Shown here piece after piece: positions 30,490-46,355 of a stretch of 64,000 bases of DNA. Every line of letters begins with the position of its first letter. Position 1 is the first letter of the stretch. A program made the translations under genes and the position numbers. The DNA is taken from NCBI RefSeq assembly GCF_009914755.1, contig NC_060947.1; one strand, 5' to 3'. Under the pieces are notes generated by a model. That model did no database searches. It saw nothing but the letters and a program-made list of their open reading frames with translations, and was not told the DNA's origin. This stretch comes from the human T2T-CHM13v2.0 reference genome, Homo sapiens.

Positions 30490-31570
30490 CTGGAACATTC
30501 TTCATGATAGACTCTATTCAAGTCCATAAAACAAGTCACAGTAAATTTGAAACTATTTAAATCATATAGAACATCTTCTTTGGCACAATGGAATTAAATA
30601 ATAAGTCAATAACAAAGAAGTATCTAAAAAATATAAATAATATTTGGGTCAAAGAAGAAACCCCACAGGATATGTAAAAGTACTCAGCTGAATTAACATG
30701 ACAACAGGCTATATCTAAATTTGTGAGATGGGGCAAAGCAGTGCGTAGAGTGGAATATATAGCAATAAGGGCTTATATGTTCATAGCAGACTTATTCATA
30801 ATACAGAGAAAAATTGGAAAAAGCACAAATGTGTATTAACTGGTAAATGGATAAGCCAACTGTAGTTAATTCATATAATGGCACATTACTCAAAAATAAA
30901 AATGAACATACTACTGATAACGCTCAACAACATGGGTTAATCTAAAAAATAAAAATGCTAAGGGAAAAAAGTCAGAGACCAGAAAGCATAGAGTGTATGA
31001 TCCCATGTATTTGAAACTTAGTAACAGACAACTAATTTATAGTGATAGAAGTCAAAAGAGTGGTTGCCTATGCAGACTGGAGATTGACTGGAAACAGTCA
31101 TATAGAGAAACTTTCTGGTGAGATGAAAATAGTTTATGTTTTCATTATGGTGTTAACTACAAAGGTGTATGCATTTGTTTAAAGTCATCTCTAAAGTAGT
31201 CAAACTCACAGAAGCAGAGGATGGAATGCCAAGGGTTCTAAGGGCTGTGAGGAAAGTGAAACGGAGAAGTATTAGTCAAAGGGTATAAAGTTTCATTTAT
31301 ACAAGTCCTAGAGATCTACTGTACAACATAGCACCTACAGTTAACAATACTCATTGTATGCTTTAAATATTCCTAAGAGGGTAGATCTTATGTTAAGCTC
31401 TTATCCCCACATACACACAAATAATAAATAAGAGAACAGGAGGAAATTTTGGAGGTAATGGACAGACTTATGACATAGATAGAGGATGGTTTCATGGTGC
31501 ATATAATTATCTCCAAACTCATCAAGTTATATATATTAATTATGTATAGTTTTATGTATGTCAAAAATAT
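30490..31570 (+). mobile_element. Patchwork of L1M fragments (endonuclease-region piece, L1MC/ME-like 3' end, L1MA9/10-like 3' end)
   Basis: tggaacattcttcatgatagac (GTF..ID motif); L1 3'UTR motifs gagggtagatcttatgttaag and ctccaaactcatcaagtt. Confidence 0.8.
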
Positions 31571-31878
31571 TAAGTAAAAAAGAATGCTGAATTCAATAAA
31601 AGTATTCCTTTAAACAGCAAAATGTAATTAGAAAACTCTTTTGTCTCAAATATAGAATTTTTTTAATTACAAATGAACAAATTTAAAAATATGTTAGATA
31701 AAATCACTGACAATAGATCCATAGGGACTACTGAAAGAAATTAGAATGTTTTTCCTCCCAGAAATACTACTACGCATTTGAGGTTGGTATTAGTGGGACA
31801 TATGATGATTTCCTAATAAAGTCTTCTCAGAAACAGAATGCTGGATTGGCTAGATGACAGGTATACCTAATCATGGGC

Positions 31879-32188
31879 TTTTTCCTTTTTTTTTTTTTTT
31901 TTTTAGACGGAGTCTTGCTCTGTCGCCCAGGCTGGAGTGCAATGGCGCAATTTCGGCTCACTGCAACCTCTGCCTCCCCGGGTTCAAGCGATTCTCCTGC
32001 CTCAGCCTCCCAAGTAGCTGAGATTACAGATGCATGCCAGCACACCTGGCTAATTTTTGTATTTTCTGTAGAGATGGGGATTCGCCATGCTTTGGCCAGG
32101 CTGGTTTTGAACTCCTGACCTCAGGTGATCCGCCCGCCTCCGCCTCCCAAAGTGCTGAGATTACAGATGTGAGCCACAGCGCCCGGCC
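31879..32188 (-). mobile_element. Alu (AluSx-like), full length
   Basis: Antisense Alu with poly-T tail; TSD aatcatgggc. Confidence 0.97.
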
Positions 32189-32689
32189 AATCATGGGCAT
32201 TTTTACATTTCTACCTATGAAATAAAGCACACCGGGAAAAAAAGTCAAGCTTTATTCTTTTAGATTATGATAAATGTGCATTAAATACCTTTTTAAAGGT
32301 CCAGGATGACACTATCTTCTTTCTCCCCAAAGATACAAGCAAACATGAGTCTTCCCATAAGAACTTATTTTACATGGTATTGGTATCCTAGAGAGGTAAA
32401 TGCAGTAACCTAACAAATTCAACTTGTGAGTATTGGCTGTATTACAGTAACTCAGATGTATATTGATTACACTGAGAGATACAATATTTGAGTGCTATCA
32501 AACCCACACCATATTGTTATTCTGCATGCTTCTCCTGCATCTGAGATGCAAATCAGTTATTCTGTCCCATAACTAGTTATATTAGAATTTTAAATTGAAG
32601 AATTGGAAACAATTCAAAGTTGTAGAGAAAAATTTATAACCCTCTAAACTGAAACTGACATACCCAGAGCAAGGAGAAAAAGTGACCCC

Positions 32690-34026
<1,337 letters not shown>

Positions 34027-34569
34027 TTCTCTCCAACTTTTTAACATTGGATTAATCCAGGGCTCAGTTCTTAGATCTCTTCTCTGTCTTCACTCCCACG
34101 GATTTCTTTGGATTTAAAATACTATGTATGTGCTGAACACTCCTAAATGCATAGCTCTAGTTCAGACCTGTCCTCTGTGCTCCAGGTTTGTTTTCTCACC
34201 TAACTGCTTGACATTTCCACTTCGATGTCTAGTAAGCATCTCAAACCATCAAGTCTAAAACTGAACTCTTACATGCCAAGCTTACTCTACCTACAGTCCT
34301 TCCCATCTCAGTAAATGTAACCTCCTTCCTCAGAAGGAAAAAACTTGGGTTCATCCTTGACTTCCCCCTTTCACACACCATATCCAATCTATTAGCATAT
34401 CCTGTTTGTTGTACCCTCATAATGTATCTGAATCTAACCACTCCTTTCCATTGAACAGTTTCCACCCTGCTTCCATCTACCACCATCTCTTGCTTAGATT
34501 ACTGAAGCAACTTCCTATCTGGTCTCCCTGCTTCCACCTTGCTCATACACCTGTAATCTCTTTTTAAGA

Positions 34570-35770
34570 TAGCCACAGCTTCTGCACAGAGAAGGAAACA
34601 AAATGAAAAGGCAACCTACAGAATGGAAGAAAATATTTACAAGCCATCTATTTGATAAAAGGTTATTATCACAAATAAATAAGGAACTCCTACAATGCAA
34701 TAGCAAAAAATAATAATAATAAGTGAGCAAAGTACCTAAACAGACATCTATAAAAATGACCAGGAGGTATGTGAAAAGGTACCCAACATCACTCATCATC
34801 AGAGAAATGCAAATCAAAACCACAATGAGGTATCACCTCACACCTGCTTGGGTGACCATTTATCAAAACAACAACAATAAAAACAAAAGATAAATGTAGG
34901 CAAGGATGTGGAAAAAATGCAACTCTTGTACACTGTTAGTGAAAATGTATATTGAAACACAATACGGAGGTTTCTTAAAAAATTAAAAATATAACTACCA
35001 TATGATCCAGCAATCTCACTTCTGGGTATAAATCCAAAGGATCTGAAATCATTATCTTGAAGAGATATCTACACTCCCATGTTCACTGCAGCATAATTCT
35101 TAATAGCCAAGCAATCTAAATGTCCATTTATAGATGAATGGGTAAAGAAAAGGTGGTGTACATACACACACACACACAACCAACCACACCCTAGAACAAT
35201 TATCTAGTCTTAAAAAGAAGGGAATCCCGGCATTTGCAGCAACATGGATGAACCTGGAGAATGTCAAGCTAAGTGACATAATGAAATAAGCCAGACACAG
35301 AAGGAAAAATACTACATGATAGCACTATATGATGAATATAAAGTAGTCAAACTCATAGAAGCAGAAAGTAGAATACCAGGGTTTCCAGGGCCTGGGAGGA
35401 GAGTGAAATGGGAAGGTATTAGTCAAAGGGTACAAAGTTTTGGTCGCACCAGATGAGTAAGGCCTACATCTATTGTACAGCATAGTGCCTATAAGTTAAC
35501 AATACTGTATGGTGTATTTTAAAAATTGCTAAGGGGGTAGATCTTATGTTAAGTGTTCTTGTCATATACACAAATAATAATAAATAAGAGGGTGGGAGGA
35601 CAGTTTTGGAGGTGATTGATAGGTTAATGACATAGATTAAGGTGATGGTTTTGTGGTGTATACTTATCTCCAAACTTATCAAGTTGTACACATGAAATAC
35701 ATATAGCTTTTTTATGTCAATCATATACCAGTAAAGTGGTTTATACCAATAAAGTGGTTTAAACAACAAA
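34570..35770 (+). mobile_element. L1M 3' part (L1MA9/10-like)
   Basis: ORF2 C-terminal motifs (agagaaatgcaaatcaaaaccacaatgag; actaccatatgatccagcaatc) plus L1MA-type 3'UTR. Confidence 0.92.
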
Positions 35771-37949
35771 AAAGACAGTAGCCAGCATAATCCTTTTAAA
35801 AACCACATTATATCACTCTTCTGCTCAAAACCCTCCAAGGACTCCTCATTTTACTCAAAGTAAAGCCAAGGTATTTACAAGGTAAATTACAATGGCAATT
35901 ACAAGGTATTTACTTAGGAGCCTACAAGATCTGCTCCCTCCCTCTGTTATACTCTTGTGAATTAATCTCCTAGTACTCCCCTTGTTCATTCACTCTGCTC
36001 TAGTCACACTAGCTCCTTAAACCCTAGTTCCTTGAACAATCCAGACACTCTCTCGTCTGAAGGTCTTTGTGCTGGTTCTTTTTCTCTGCTTGAATGCTCT
36101 TCCCCCAGATAGCCGCTTTCCTCCAAATTCCTCCAAATAATTGCTTAAATGTCCCTTCTCAATGAGGTTACACTGAGCATCCCATTTAAAATTGCAACCT
36201 TTTTTCCCACCAATGCTTTCAATTCTCCTAAACCTGCCCTATTTCTTCCATATCACTAATTGCCTATATATGTATACATACATACATACATAATCACTTA
36301 TCACCTTCCAGCTATATAAAATCACTTAAGACTCTGAGTATGTGTGTGAGAGGGGTGGGTGTATGTGGGTGGGTGTGTAACATTTGCCTATCTCCCCCTT
36401 TTAGAACCTAAGCAATAGGAAAGGGATGTTTTTTGTTCTCAGATGTATTTCTAGCACCTAAAACTTACTTAGCACATAGTAGGCACTCAATAAGTATTTG
36501 ATAAATAAATGAATGAGTATGAAACAGAATCTGTGGTGGATGAGAAAATAGGGAGCAGCCACCTTAGTTTAACCTTAAGAAGAATAAGAGAATTTGAGAA
36601 CAAAAGCCTATTTGAAAGGAATAACTGAGGGGCACAGGGAAGGCTAATCACAGCTTCCTTCTTACTCTGACCAATTCCTGAGCTACAGAGAATACAAAAG
36701 TGGTTTATGTCTGTAAAGCAATTATCTACATTTCCTGGTAGGACACAAAAGACTGAATAAGGTATACCTCCTATTGCAAGGTACACAGCACTACCCTCTC
36801 CCATTACCTCTAAGCCAAGATACCATGAAAACTCACCCACACCACAAACACAAACACATTTGGTTTGCCTCTTATAAAGCTTAGGCTAAAATGAAGTTTA
36901 GGGATGATCTACAGGTTTTAATTATGCATGTTTTCTCATTCTCCTTAACAAAAATAAGATTTATACCTCCAATGTCTAATCTAAACATGGACTCAGAATG
37001 TTAAAGCTAGGTGGGACCTCAGACATAAGCTAATCCAAACTCTTCCTTTTTCACTTATTAGTTTCCTTTTTGAGCACACAGATGTCTGTCTTTCCAAATG
37101 AGAAATGACTATTTCAGAAGTGTATCCCTTTTGAAATGTACATACACACATAAACTCCTTCTAAATATTATACATATCTTCTCCTTCCTCAGTTTCAAAT
37201 AGGCATCTTGTGTTGTTATGATGAATAAAACACTTTTCTCTCTTGCCTTAATCCTTTCTTACTCTCTGTAGACAAGACAGGGTTATATCTTTTATTTTGA
37301 GTAAATGAGATATGGTTTATGAATCTAAATGAATACCTATAATTTTTGGATTTAGATAGAACAACCTAGACCTCATGAAATTAATTTAGTTAAAAATTGA
37401 ATTTAAAGATCTGCTGCAAGACAGCATTGTTCCCCTTCCTACTAAATTACCATTCTACAAAAATGCGGATTCTTATAATTTCAGTTACTAAACTAAAATG
37501 TAATAGAAGTAAAGGTAAGAGGAAATATGAACTATGAGGTAATCTATAATACCTGTTTTTAAAATTCAATTTCTTACCAGTTTAGTCTACTTTTTTCTAT
37601 TTCTGTCTTCAAATATGCACTAAAACCCATATATAGGGGCTACATTTAACTGTAGTTAGTATCTTATTTCACATTAACTTACATAAATTGAATAAAAGTA
37701 TTGAAATTTAAGTGGAGTTGTTAATGTCAAACATTTTCTTCTGTCTTTCTGGGTGGGTTTGTAGTTGTAAGAGTCACTTGAAGATTAATTATCTCTTCAT
37801 GTAAACCTCTTTTTCTCATTTGGCTTTTCGGTTTCTTCTCAGACTGTGTTTTAGTAAATATGTGTCTTTAAAAATCATATAGGTGTGAGTGTATATATAT
37901 TTATATATAATTATAATCATAAATGTGATTACATATATGTAGTTTAATA

Positions 37950-38334
37950 TATATGGGATATCATTTTTGAGATTAGATTATAAAATGACTCTGGCTTCTG
38001 TCTTGGGCAGTCTTTCCTGAATCACCCTCTCTGGGGTAGCCACTGACATTTCATGGGTTAGCCCTATGGAGAAGCCCGTGTGGCAAGGGTCTGAGGTCTG
38101 CCAAGAACCACCCGAGCTTGAAAGTGGATCCTCTCCCCAGTTCAGTCAAGCCTTCGGATTCAACCACAGGCTCAGTTGCAGCTTAACTGCAAGCTCACGA
38201 GAGACCTTAAGGCAGAGGAATTCAGCTAAACCATTTCCAGATTCCTGACACACAAAAACTGTAAGATAATGCTTGCTGCTTTAATGTGCTAAGTTTGAGG
38301 GTAATTTGTTACAGGGCAGTTGATAACTAATACA
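37950..38334 (+). mobile_element. MaLR LTR (MLT1, F-like)
   Basis: agccctatggagaagcccgtgtggcaagg...agcttgaaagtggatcct...ctaagtttgagggtaatttgttaca...gataactaataca terminus. Confidence 0.85.
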
Positions 38335-38477
38335 AAGTCCAAGCTCAAAACATAGTCATTGCTATGTAAGTAGTTTATGAGGGAATCCATACTGTTTCCT
38401 CCAGTAAAATCACCTATTTTCCTCTTGTATCCATTATGGCTACTCATGCCAAAACTGAAATAAACAAATCTACTTTA

Positions 38478-38943
<466 letters not shown>

Positions 38944-39439
38944 TTAAATTCTAAAGTAGTTATTCATTTTGAGGCCAATACTGTTTGCACCATACATCCG
39001 CAGCAAAAGAATATATCCGATTCAGATGAAGAGCACAAACTAAAGACTAGAAGGTAAGGCTACCAGCAGGGTCTTGGTCTGTAGAATTATGCAAACAGAC
39101 ATATCATCTGCCTCCCTCTGGCTGCCTCATATGTGAATCAGCAAGGCTAAACGATCTACCTCCATCTTCACTGTGCATTTCAACAACACTGTGCTGGCTT
39201 CCAATAATACTGCCTGATAAGCAAATAGAGAGAATCAATATGTTTACAGAGGTTTGTATCTGAAGATGTTGCTCATTAGTTATTTTTCTTCAATATGCTT
39301 ATATTTAAAAGTTTTGCACAAAACTTTCAGCATCACTAGCTAATTATACTCATTTATTGATTCACTACCATGTGCCAAGTACAATTCTACACACTTAGGA
39401 AACATCATTGAGTAAAATATACAGAGATCATTTAAGAGA

Positions 39440-40440
39440 GCTTTCACAGAGCTTACGTTATACATTAAATCTTCTATTCTCTGTGGAATTTGACATGGCT
39501 GATTTATATCTTCTTCTTGAAACTATGTCTTCCATTGGCTTCTGCAATCTGATAGGATTCTGTTCTAATAGTCTCCAATTGTTTTTTCAGCCTTCTTCAG
39601 GGGCTCCTCCTATCATATCCTAATAGCCGTAGATCCTAAGATTTGGCTCCTGGGCTCCTGCTTTATATAATTCATTTCCTCAAAAAACTCATTCATTTCC
39701 TGAAATCCAATGATCACCTTTCTATATGTGGCCTCTCGATTTTATATTTCTCATTCAAACCCCTATATAGTGATTCCCTATGCATACATATTTCTATTAT
39801 GCAATCTCACACTTTCAACAAACAAGTTAATAACCTAGTCATCATCAACTACTTAAAATGGGTTTCCCTGTTCTTTCATTTTCTAACAATGGCATCACCA
39901 TTCTCTCAGTCATCTAGTCTCAATATCAATCCTCTTTTCCTAATCAATCAAGTCCTATTCATTATACCATTAAAATATCTCTCATATCCATTACTTGCAT
40001 TCCATTCCAGCAACTAGTTCCTCACCACTTCATATACAGATAACATTGTCCTGATTGATTTCTAGTCTTTCTATTTCCAACCTCTCATTCACACTACTTC
40101 TAGGTTAATTTCCATCACTTTCATCATGTCATCATCCTGAATCAGGAACATTTAATAGTTTCCCATTGCCAATAAAATCTAAATCCCTAATCTTGACTTT
40201 TAAAGCTCTCCATAATCTGGCTTTAATTTATTTATCCAGCTAATCTCTTGCTATTCACCAGTGCAAACTATTTACTCCAGCTGGGATGATTTCCTTACTG
40301 TTTCTAAAGCACATGATGCTTATGTTGGCCACTAGAACTCTGCTCATGCTGGTCATCATGCTTGGAAAGCTTGGCAAGCATCCTGTTCACTTTTTTGTTC
40401 TACAAAATCCTATGTATGCTCAAGTCTCTCGTTCCGACAA
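39440..40440 (+). mobile_element. Degenerate L2
   Basis: L2-like pyrimidine-rich blocks (cttcttcttgaaact; gtttcccattgccaataaaatctaaatcccta). Confidence 0.5.
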
Positions 40441-40651
40441 ATCCCTTACAACTTTTGTCCACATTCTATGTTTTTAGAAACTTGGTTATCATCTACTGTC
40501 TATGTCACTCAATTTGGATCTTAGTCATATTTTTCCATATTTTGCTTTTTCATTGTCTCAGCTTTCTTATATTTAATAGAATTCTAGGCTACTTAACAGT
40601 AAGACAAGTTTCTTCACTTGTTAACCCCATTTTTTTTTTAGTAGTCTACCA

Positions 40652-42315
40652 CAGCAGTTCTGAAACTCTTTGCTTTGGAACCCCTTTATAATTTTGAAAA
40701 ATATGGAGGACCCCAAAGAGCCTTTGGTTTTTGTAGGTTATATTTATTAATATTTACTATATTATAAATTATAACTATGACTTGTAAAAGTAATTATTCA
40801 TGTAAATATAACAACAATAAATCAAACACATGTCAACAGAAATAACATGTTTACAAAAATAACTATTTTCTAAAACAAATTAAAATCAATGAGAATAATG
40901 GCATTGTTTTATAATTTTGCAAATACTTTTTATGGAAGACAGCATATTAGAAGGCAGGTGGATTCTAATGTTTACTTCTGCATTCAATTCTTTGTGATAT
41001 GTTTTTGGTTAAAATATATGAAGAAAATCTAGGCTCAGGTAAATATATAGTTGGAAAATGGAAGAACATTTGAATAGTCTTTTCAGATAATTGTAGATAT
41101 TATTCTTTAATACTACATCAAAATTTAACAGTGGCAGTTAGTGGCAGTTTCTTTAGTGAAATGGGAAATCTGAATCTATATTAATGAACTTTTGGGGCTT
41201 TGTTATATTAAAACCACTGGTCAGTCTTGTACTTTAAATGGATTTTTCCCCAGGCATGATTTTACAACATTATTCATTGATCATTTGACAAATATTGGTT
41301 CACTGAGTTATGCAAATCTTCCAATGTTACACATTTCATTACACAATATTCTCAAATTAGTTAACATCATGACTGGCCTCATCATAGAAGTCTATTAGCA
41401 TTGGTAAACTCTCAAGCTCATGGTGGCAGATACGTGTTCCAAAATTCTAATTCTAAATTTTAACATTGGCAAGAAATACCAGTTGTTTTCCTTAAAGTCA
41501 CAGGCTCACTTTATTTTTGAGAAAATTACTGCCAAATACCCAGTGACACAGAATAGCCATAGTTTGTCAGTTGTTCCTTCAAGTAAAATTGGAATCCTAT
41601 GTAAAAAGCTGCTAGTTCAGTTTGCAACTCAACCATACAAATGCTTTACCTTAAGACTTGCATAGGAGGATGCAAGGTTTATTGAAGGATGAATACCATT
41701 GTCCTTCAGTATGCATCAGAAGTGCTTTATGTGTTCTTCCCATTTGATACATAGAACATTTAAAAATGTACATAAAGGTCAAAATGTAATAAACTAATAA
41801 TAGTTACTGACTTATAAAAGACATTACTGAGAATGGCTTTTTTTCTTAACTGTGAGTGTGCAGCAGTAAAGAATACAATTACTTGGAAGAGTCTGGCAAT
41901 TCCTCAGATGACTAAACATAGAGTTACATATGATCCAGCATTTCCACTCCTAGGTATATTCTTAAGAGAAATAAAAACATATGCCCACACAAATTTCATA
42001 GAATTATTCATAATAGCCAAAAGATGAGAAATTCCCAATATATATCAATCAATAAATGAATAAACAAAATGTGGTATATCTAAACAAAATAAAGAATATA
42101 ATTACTAACAAATACAATTTGGTGCCACTCTCTTAATTTCCGCCAAGGTACCAGTGGTTTTACCCACAGTTGCTTTTGCTCCATCAGTGAAAATGTCAAC
42201 ATGGTGAAAAAGACAAATAACATATTAGAATTAAATTGTTTTGACCGCTCAGACTCCCTGGAAGAATCTTGGGCTCGGAGCCCCCGGTGTTCATGGACCA
42301 CACTTAGAATCACTG
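40652..42315. mobile_element. hAT DNA transposon, Charlie1-like
   Basis: Terminal inverted repeats cagcagttct / agaatcactg; 8-bp flanks gtctacca / gtctacac; Charlie1-type gaggaccccaaagagc near the left end. Confidence 0.8.
41884..42089 (+). mobile_element. Short L1M ORF2 C-terminal fragment inside Charlie1
   Basis: aaacatagagttacatatgatccagcatttccactcctaggtatat; flanked by a 17-bp direct repeat. Confidence 0.85.
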
Positions 42316-42329
42316 GTCTACACTATGCC

Positions 42330-43600
42330 TGAAACTCTTTCTTCTTTTACCATTATCTTTGGTCACTTCACTGGTTTCTTATTGGGCTCAGACCATTTCT
42401 CTTTGCATTGTAAATATACTATACGAGTGATATAATCCACATAAATGGTTTCAGCTACCACCTATAAACTAATAATGCTCCCAAATCTATATCTCTAATG
42501 CAGACTTATTTCCTGACCCACAGATCTTTATTTCTTACTGATATCCTAGATACCTCCAAATTAATACACCCACAATGTAATTCATCTTTTCTCCCAAATT
42601 TACTCCTGACTTTCTCATCTAGGGTATTGATACCTCTATTCATCCAGTCACTGGACCTAGAAATTTAGGGATCAACCTGAACTTCTTCCTCTTCCTACTC
42701 ATAAAATGGTCAGCCCAGGCAACATCAATATGTGATATAATACAATAGGGTATTGCAGAGCCTAAGTCTAATTGGAGAATGTATGTTCCATGTAAGAGCA
42801 TTCAGATTCAAATACTGTGTGGGCCAAACAAAACACATTTATTAGTTGCCAGTCTGTGACATCTAGTAACTAAAATATCTGTTTAATTTGTACCTTGCTT
42901 TTCATTTTTAGTGCCACTCTCCTAATTTAGATCCTCCATCATCCTGCTTGGACTACTGCAAATAGCCTTATAACTGATCTTTCTGCCTCCATTTTTCACA
43001 AATCCTTTCCCCTTTCCAACACATCCAGATTTATCTTTCACGAGGCAAACAAAGTAGTCTTTCTAAAATGCAAATCTGGTCACACATTTGAAACGCCAGC
43101 TTAAAATTCCAAAATAGTTCCTAATCACCTATTTAAAAATCCACATTCCTTAGCACAGTGTAAGCGTATAATCTGCACCTCCCAACTTATTACATCAACT
43201 TGGTTTTTCTCCACTTTCCTATCCACACACCAAACTCCAGCTACCAAACTCATGAGTGGAGGCCAGACTTCTTAATCATTCTCATGTGTCAGGCACTGTT
43301 CTAAATTACATATACCAACTCATTTAATCTTCACAACCATATATGGTAGGTGTCATTTCTAAGTCCATTTTACAGATGAGGAAACTCAGACACAAAGCCA
43401 CATTGATCATTGGGAGGTCATTGACAGTTTTTCCTGATTCAGGATTCTGTGTCTTTGCAAATGCTATTCCCTCTGACTGAAATTCTTTTTGTTCTCTTTT
43501 CTAACAAACTTCCACCATCCTTCAAGACTCAGATCAAATATCATTCTTGAGCTACCTTCTCTTGCTACCTCCTTCCCCAGGTAAAGAAAGGTAGGTATTC
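42330..43600 (+). mobile_element. Degenerate L2 with a MIR insert (~43270-43395, minus)
   Basis: L2 motifs (cccaaatctatatctc; catccttcaagactcagatcaaatatca); MIR core ccattttacagatgaggaaact. Confidence 0.55.
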
Positions 43601-44645
43601 CTTCCCACATTTAGAGCACAAAGTACATATTAAAACTTAACAGAAATAGGCACCTGCCTAAAATTTAGCACAGCATAACAGTGGCTTACCAGTAGTATGC
43701 AGGCCTTGCTGTAAGCAATATGCTGTATCAAGAACTACAAATTCTACTTTTTATGAAAGAGAGAGAGGAAGAAGGTGATGGTGAGTCTGTTCTTGCTCTC
43801 CCTTCCTATCCCCACTCACCTCAAATCACCATCACATCCCTTTGGCAGATAGTCCTTTAGAGATGATCCAAGTAAAAGCCATCACTTCCACATGTTGGAA
43901 GTGATGGGGTCTTATCTGGGGTCTTAAAATCTATGAGGCTTAAACCCACTTCATAATCCCTCAATAAGGTGATGCCTGTTTGGATAATTGGAACTGTCAA
44001 AATCAATAAGAAAAGTTTAAAAACAGTCATGACAAGCCACTCTGAAATGAAGAAACAACTGTAAGTCACTGATTACTATGATTTTTACAAAGAAAGCTAT
44101 ATCATCTTTCGTAAATTGAGCATTAAGGTATAAAAGCTCCTTATTCTCTAACACATTTAGAGTTTGAATACATGTAATCCGGCATCTTCTGCTAGGCAGG
44201 GATTTAATGAACATTTTGTGGGAACATCTGTTTGTTATTTATCTTTGTCTCATTTTACACATCAGCAAATCCCATTCTACCACCAGGACAGAATAAAAAT
44301 CACCATTTCATTACACAGTGTTCATAATTTTAAACGTCAACTGGGGGGAAGAGAGGCAATTGTCGACACTGTATTCTACCTGATGTTACAAGGAGAAAGT
44401 ACAAAGGTGAGGAAGTGCAGAGGGGAAATGATTAAATATATAAATCCCTTTAACACACACCTTGCCAATTGCTACTTGTTTTACTGTTCCAGCAACTGCT
44501 GAGAATTAAAAGCCACTCTATCTTTCTAGAAGGACATTCTTATTTTGCCCTCTTAAGTCTATGTCAACCTTTTTCTGTGTGTTTTAAGAGAGAAACAACT
44601 ATTGGGCTTGCCAGGTATAGATCTTTGAATATTTGGGAAACAAGT

Positions 44646-44700
44646 GAGAGGGAGGGAGAGAGGGAGGGAGGGAGGGAGAGAGAGGGAGAGGGAGGGAGAC

Positions 44701-44732
<32 letters not shown>
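44646..44732. repeat. (GGGA)n/(GA)n polypurine tract
   Basis: 87 bp of purines with two C interruptions. Confidence 0.95.
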
Positions 44733-46355
44733 CTTCTATATTTTCTTCAATGTTACTATTCCATTGCATGAAGTCATCAAATAGCATTTCTATATGCTTC
44801 CACTAGTCGTTATGAGAAAGAGCCAGTATCAAGGCCATCAGGAATGACCACCAGTACCATGAGCTAAGGCTAGTGCAAAGAAGGGAAAGAATACTGCCAA
44901 TTTAGTCCAAGTGACTAAAGCCATTACTGTATAACATATGCATCATAGTATCTACTTGTAAATTTTGCATGTTTTAAGTTAGATAGTAATATTGAGTGAA
45001 ATCTTAATTGTAACAGTAATTAAAGGTGATTTTTCCCTAAATCCAAATATATTGTTCTATATGCCATGGAGAATACTAAACAAAGGAATAAGAAAGTCAC
45101 AGTCCTTGCCTTAAAGAACTTGCAATCATTTCCTCCCAACAGTCATTTGTAGTACATATAAATCACTAGTCTTCTATAAGGGGGAACAAGTTTGGCACAT
45201 ACAAACTCACTAAAGAACAGGAGAATATATAACGCCCAATCAAACATTAGATTGGGTAGTACAGACAATAAATACTGCTGTAGTTCAAAGAAGGGGAAAA
45301 TCAATGTAGGCTAGCAAAAGAAGAGGAGGCTTTCTGTGATGTACAGGATTTGAGTCAGGTGAGTTGAATACGATTTACAAAGGTGAAGGGCGAGGACAAA
45401 CAATCAAATTAACTAATATTATGTGCCTTTATCCTATCCCAACACTAGAGTTCTTTCCCACAAAAGCATTTTGAAAGTCCCTCCCCATAATACCATCAAA
45501 CAGGTAAAGAAAGAGATAAGGAGATGCACACATCTCCCTTACACCTTCTTTTCTAAGCCACCGAGGAACAGAAACCTCAGTTAGGAATCGATGCAGATAT
45601 TTGATTCAAGTAATTGATGCTAAAATATGGTTAAGGGTTAACCTCACCATGAGACATTATATCTTAAAAGAGGAGGTCATGAATCAATACAGAATCTCTA
45701 ATTAGTTTAATTATGTGGAAAAAGTATTTTTAAAGCTGGGCAAACCTCTTAGAAACTTTTTCTTCTATTTGTCCATTTTAGACAATGGTGTTCCTTCCCC
45801 ACCCACTCTGCTAGAGCTTACAATATGCAGGATCACTGGGGGTAGCAAATGCCTTTCCTTTTATGTGCAAGAACTACTTTACCTCATTGGGCTCCTCAGT
45901 TTTTGGACATAGCAAATTGCTAATACTAGAAACCATCTGACAAGTTGTTCTAAGTAAGTTTCTATTTTCTTCAGCATTAGTTTTGTTCTGTTTTATTTTG
46001 TAAGGCAAAAGCACGTATTAAGCTATAGGAACTTATTTAAGGTTGCTTAAAAAATTCTCATGGATGAAACAGTAGTCATTTTTATTTATCTCAGTGATTT
46101 TCAGCTAGGCTGGTATAGCACTCACTGAAGATCATATCAGAATCTTCGAGAAGTCTTTTTCAAACTATGTCTCCCTATGTCTAATATTGCATGTTTCCGC
46201 ATGGTGGCATATCTCTTCTCTACTTGATTTCAGCATCAGCCTATGTTTAATACTTACAAAGTATTACTTACCTTCATTCCTAACCTACCTCTGCATGGCA
46301 GATCATCATGCTAATGGAAGCAATGAAGGAAGGAAAGAAAAAGAAGGAAGCAAGA

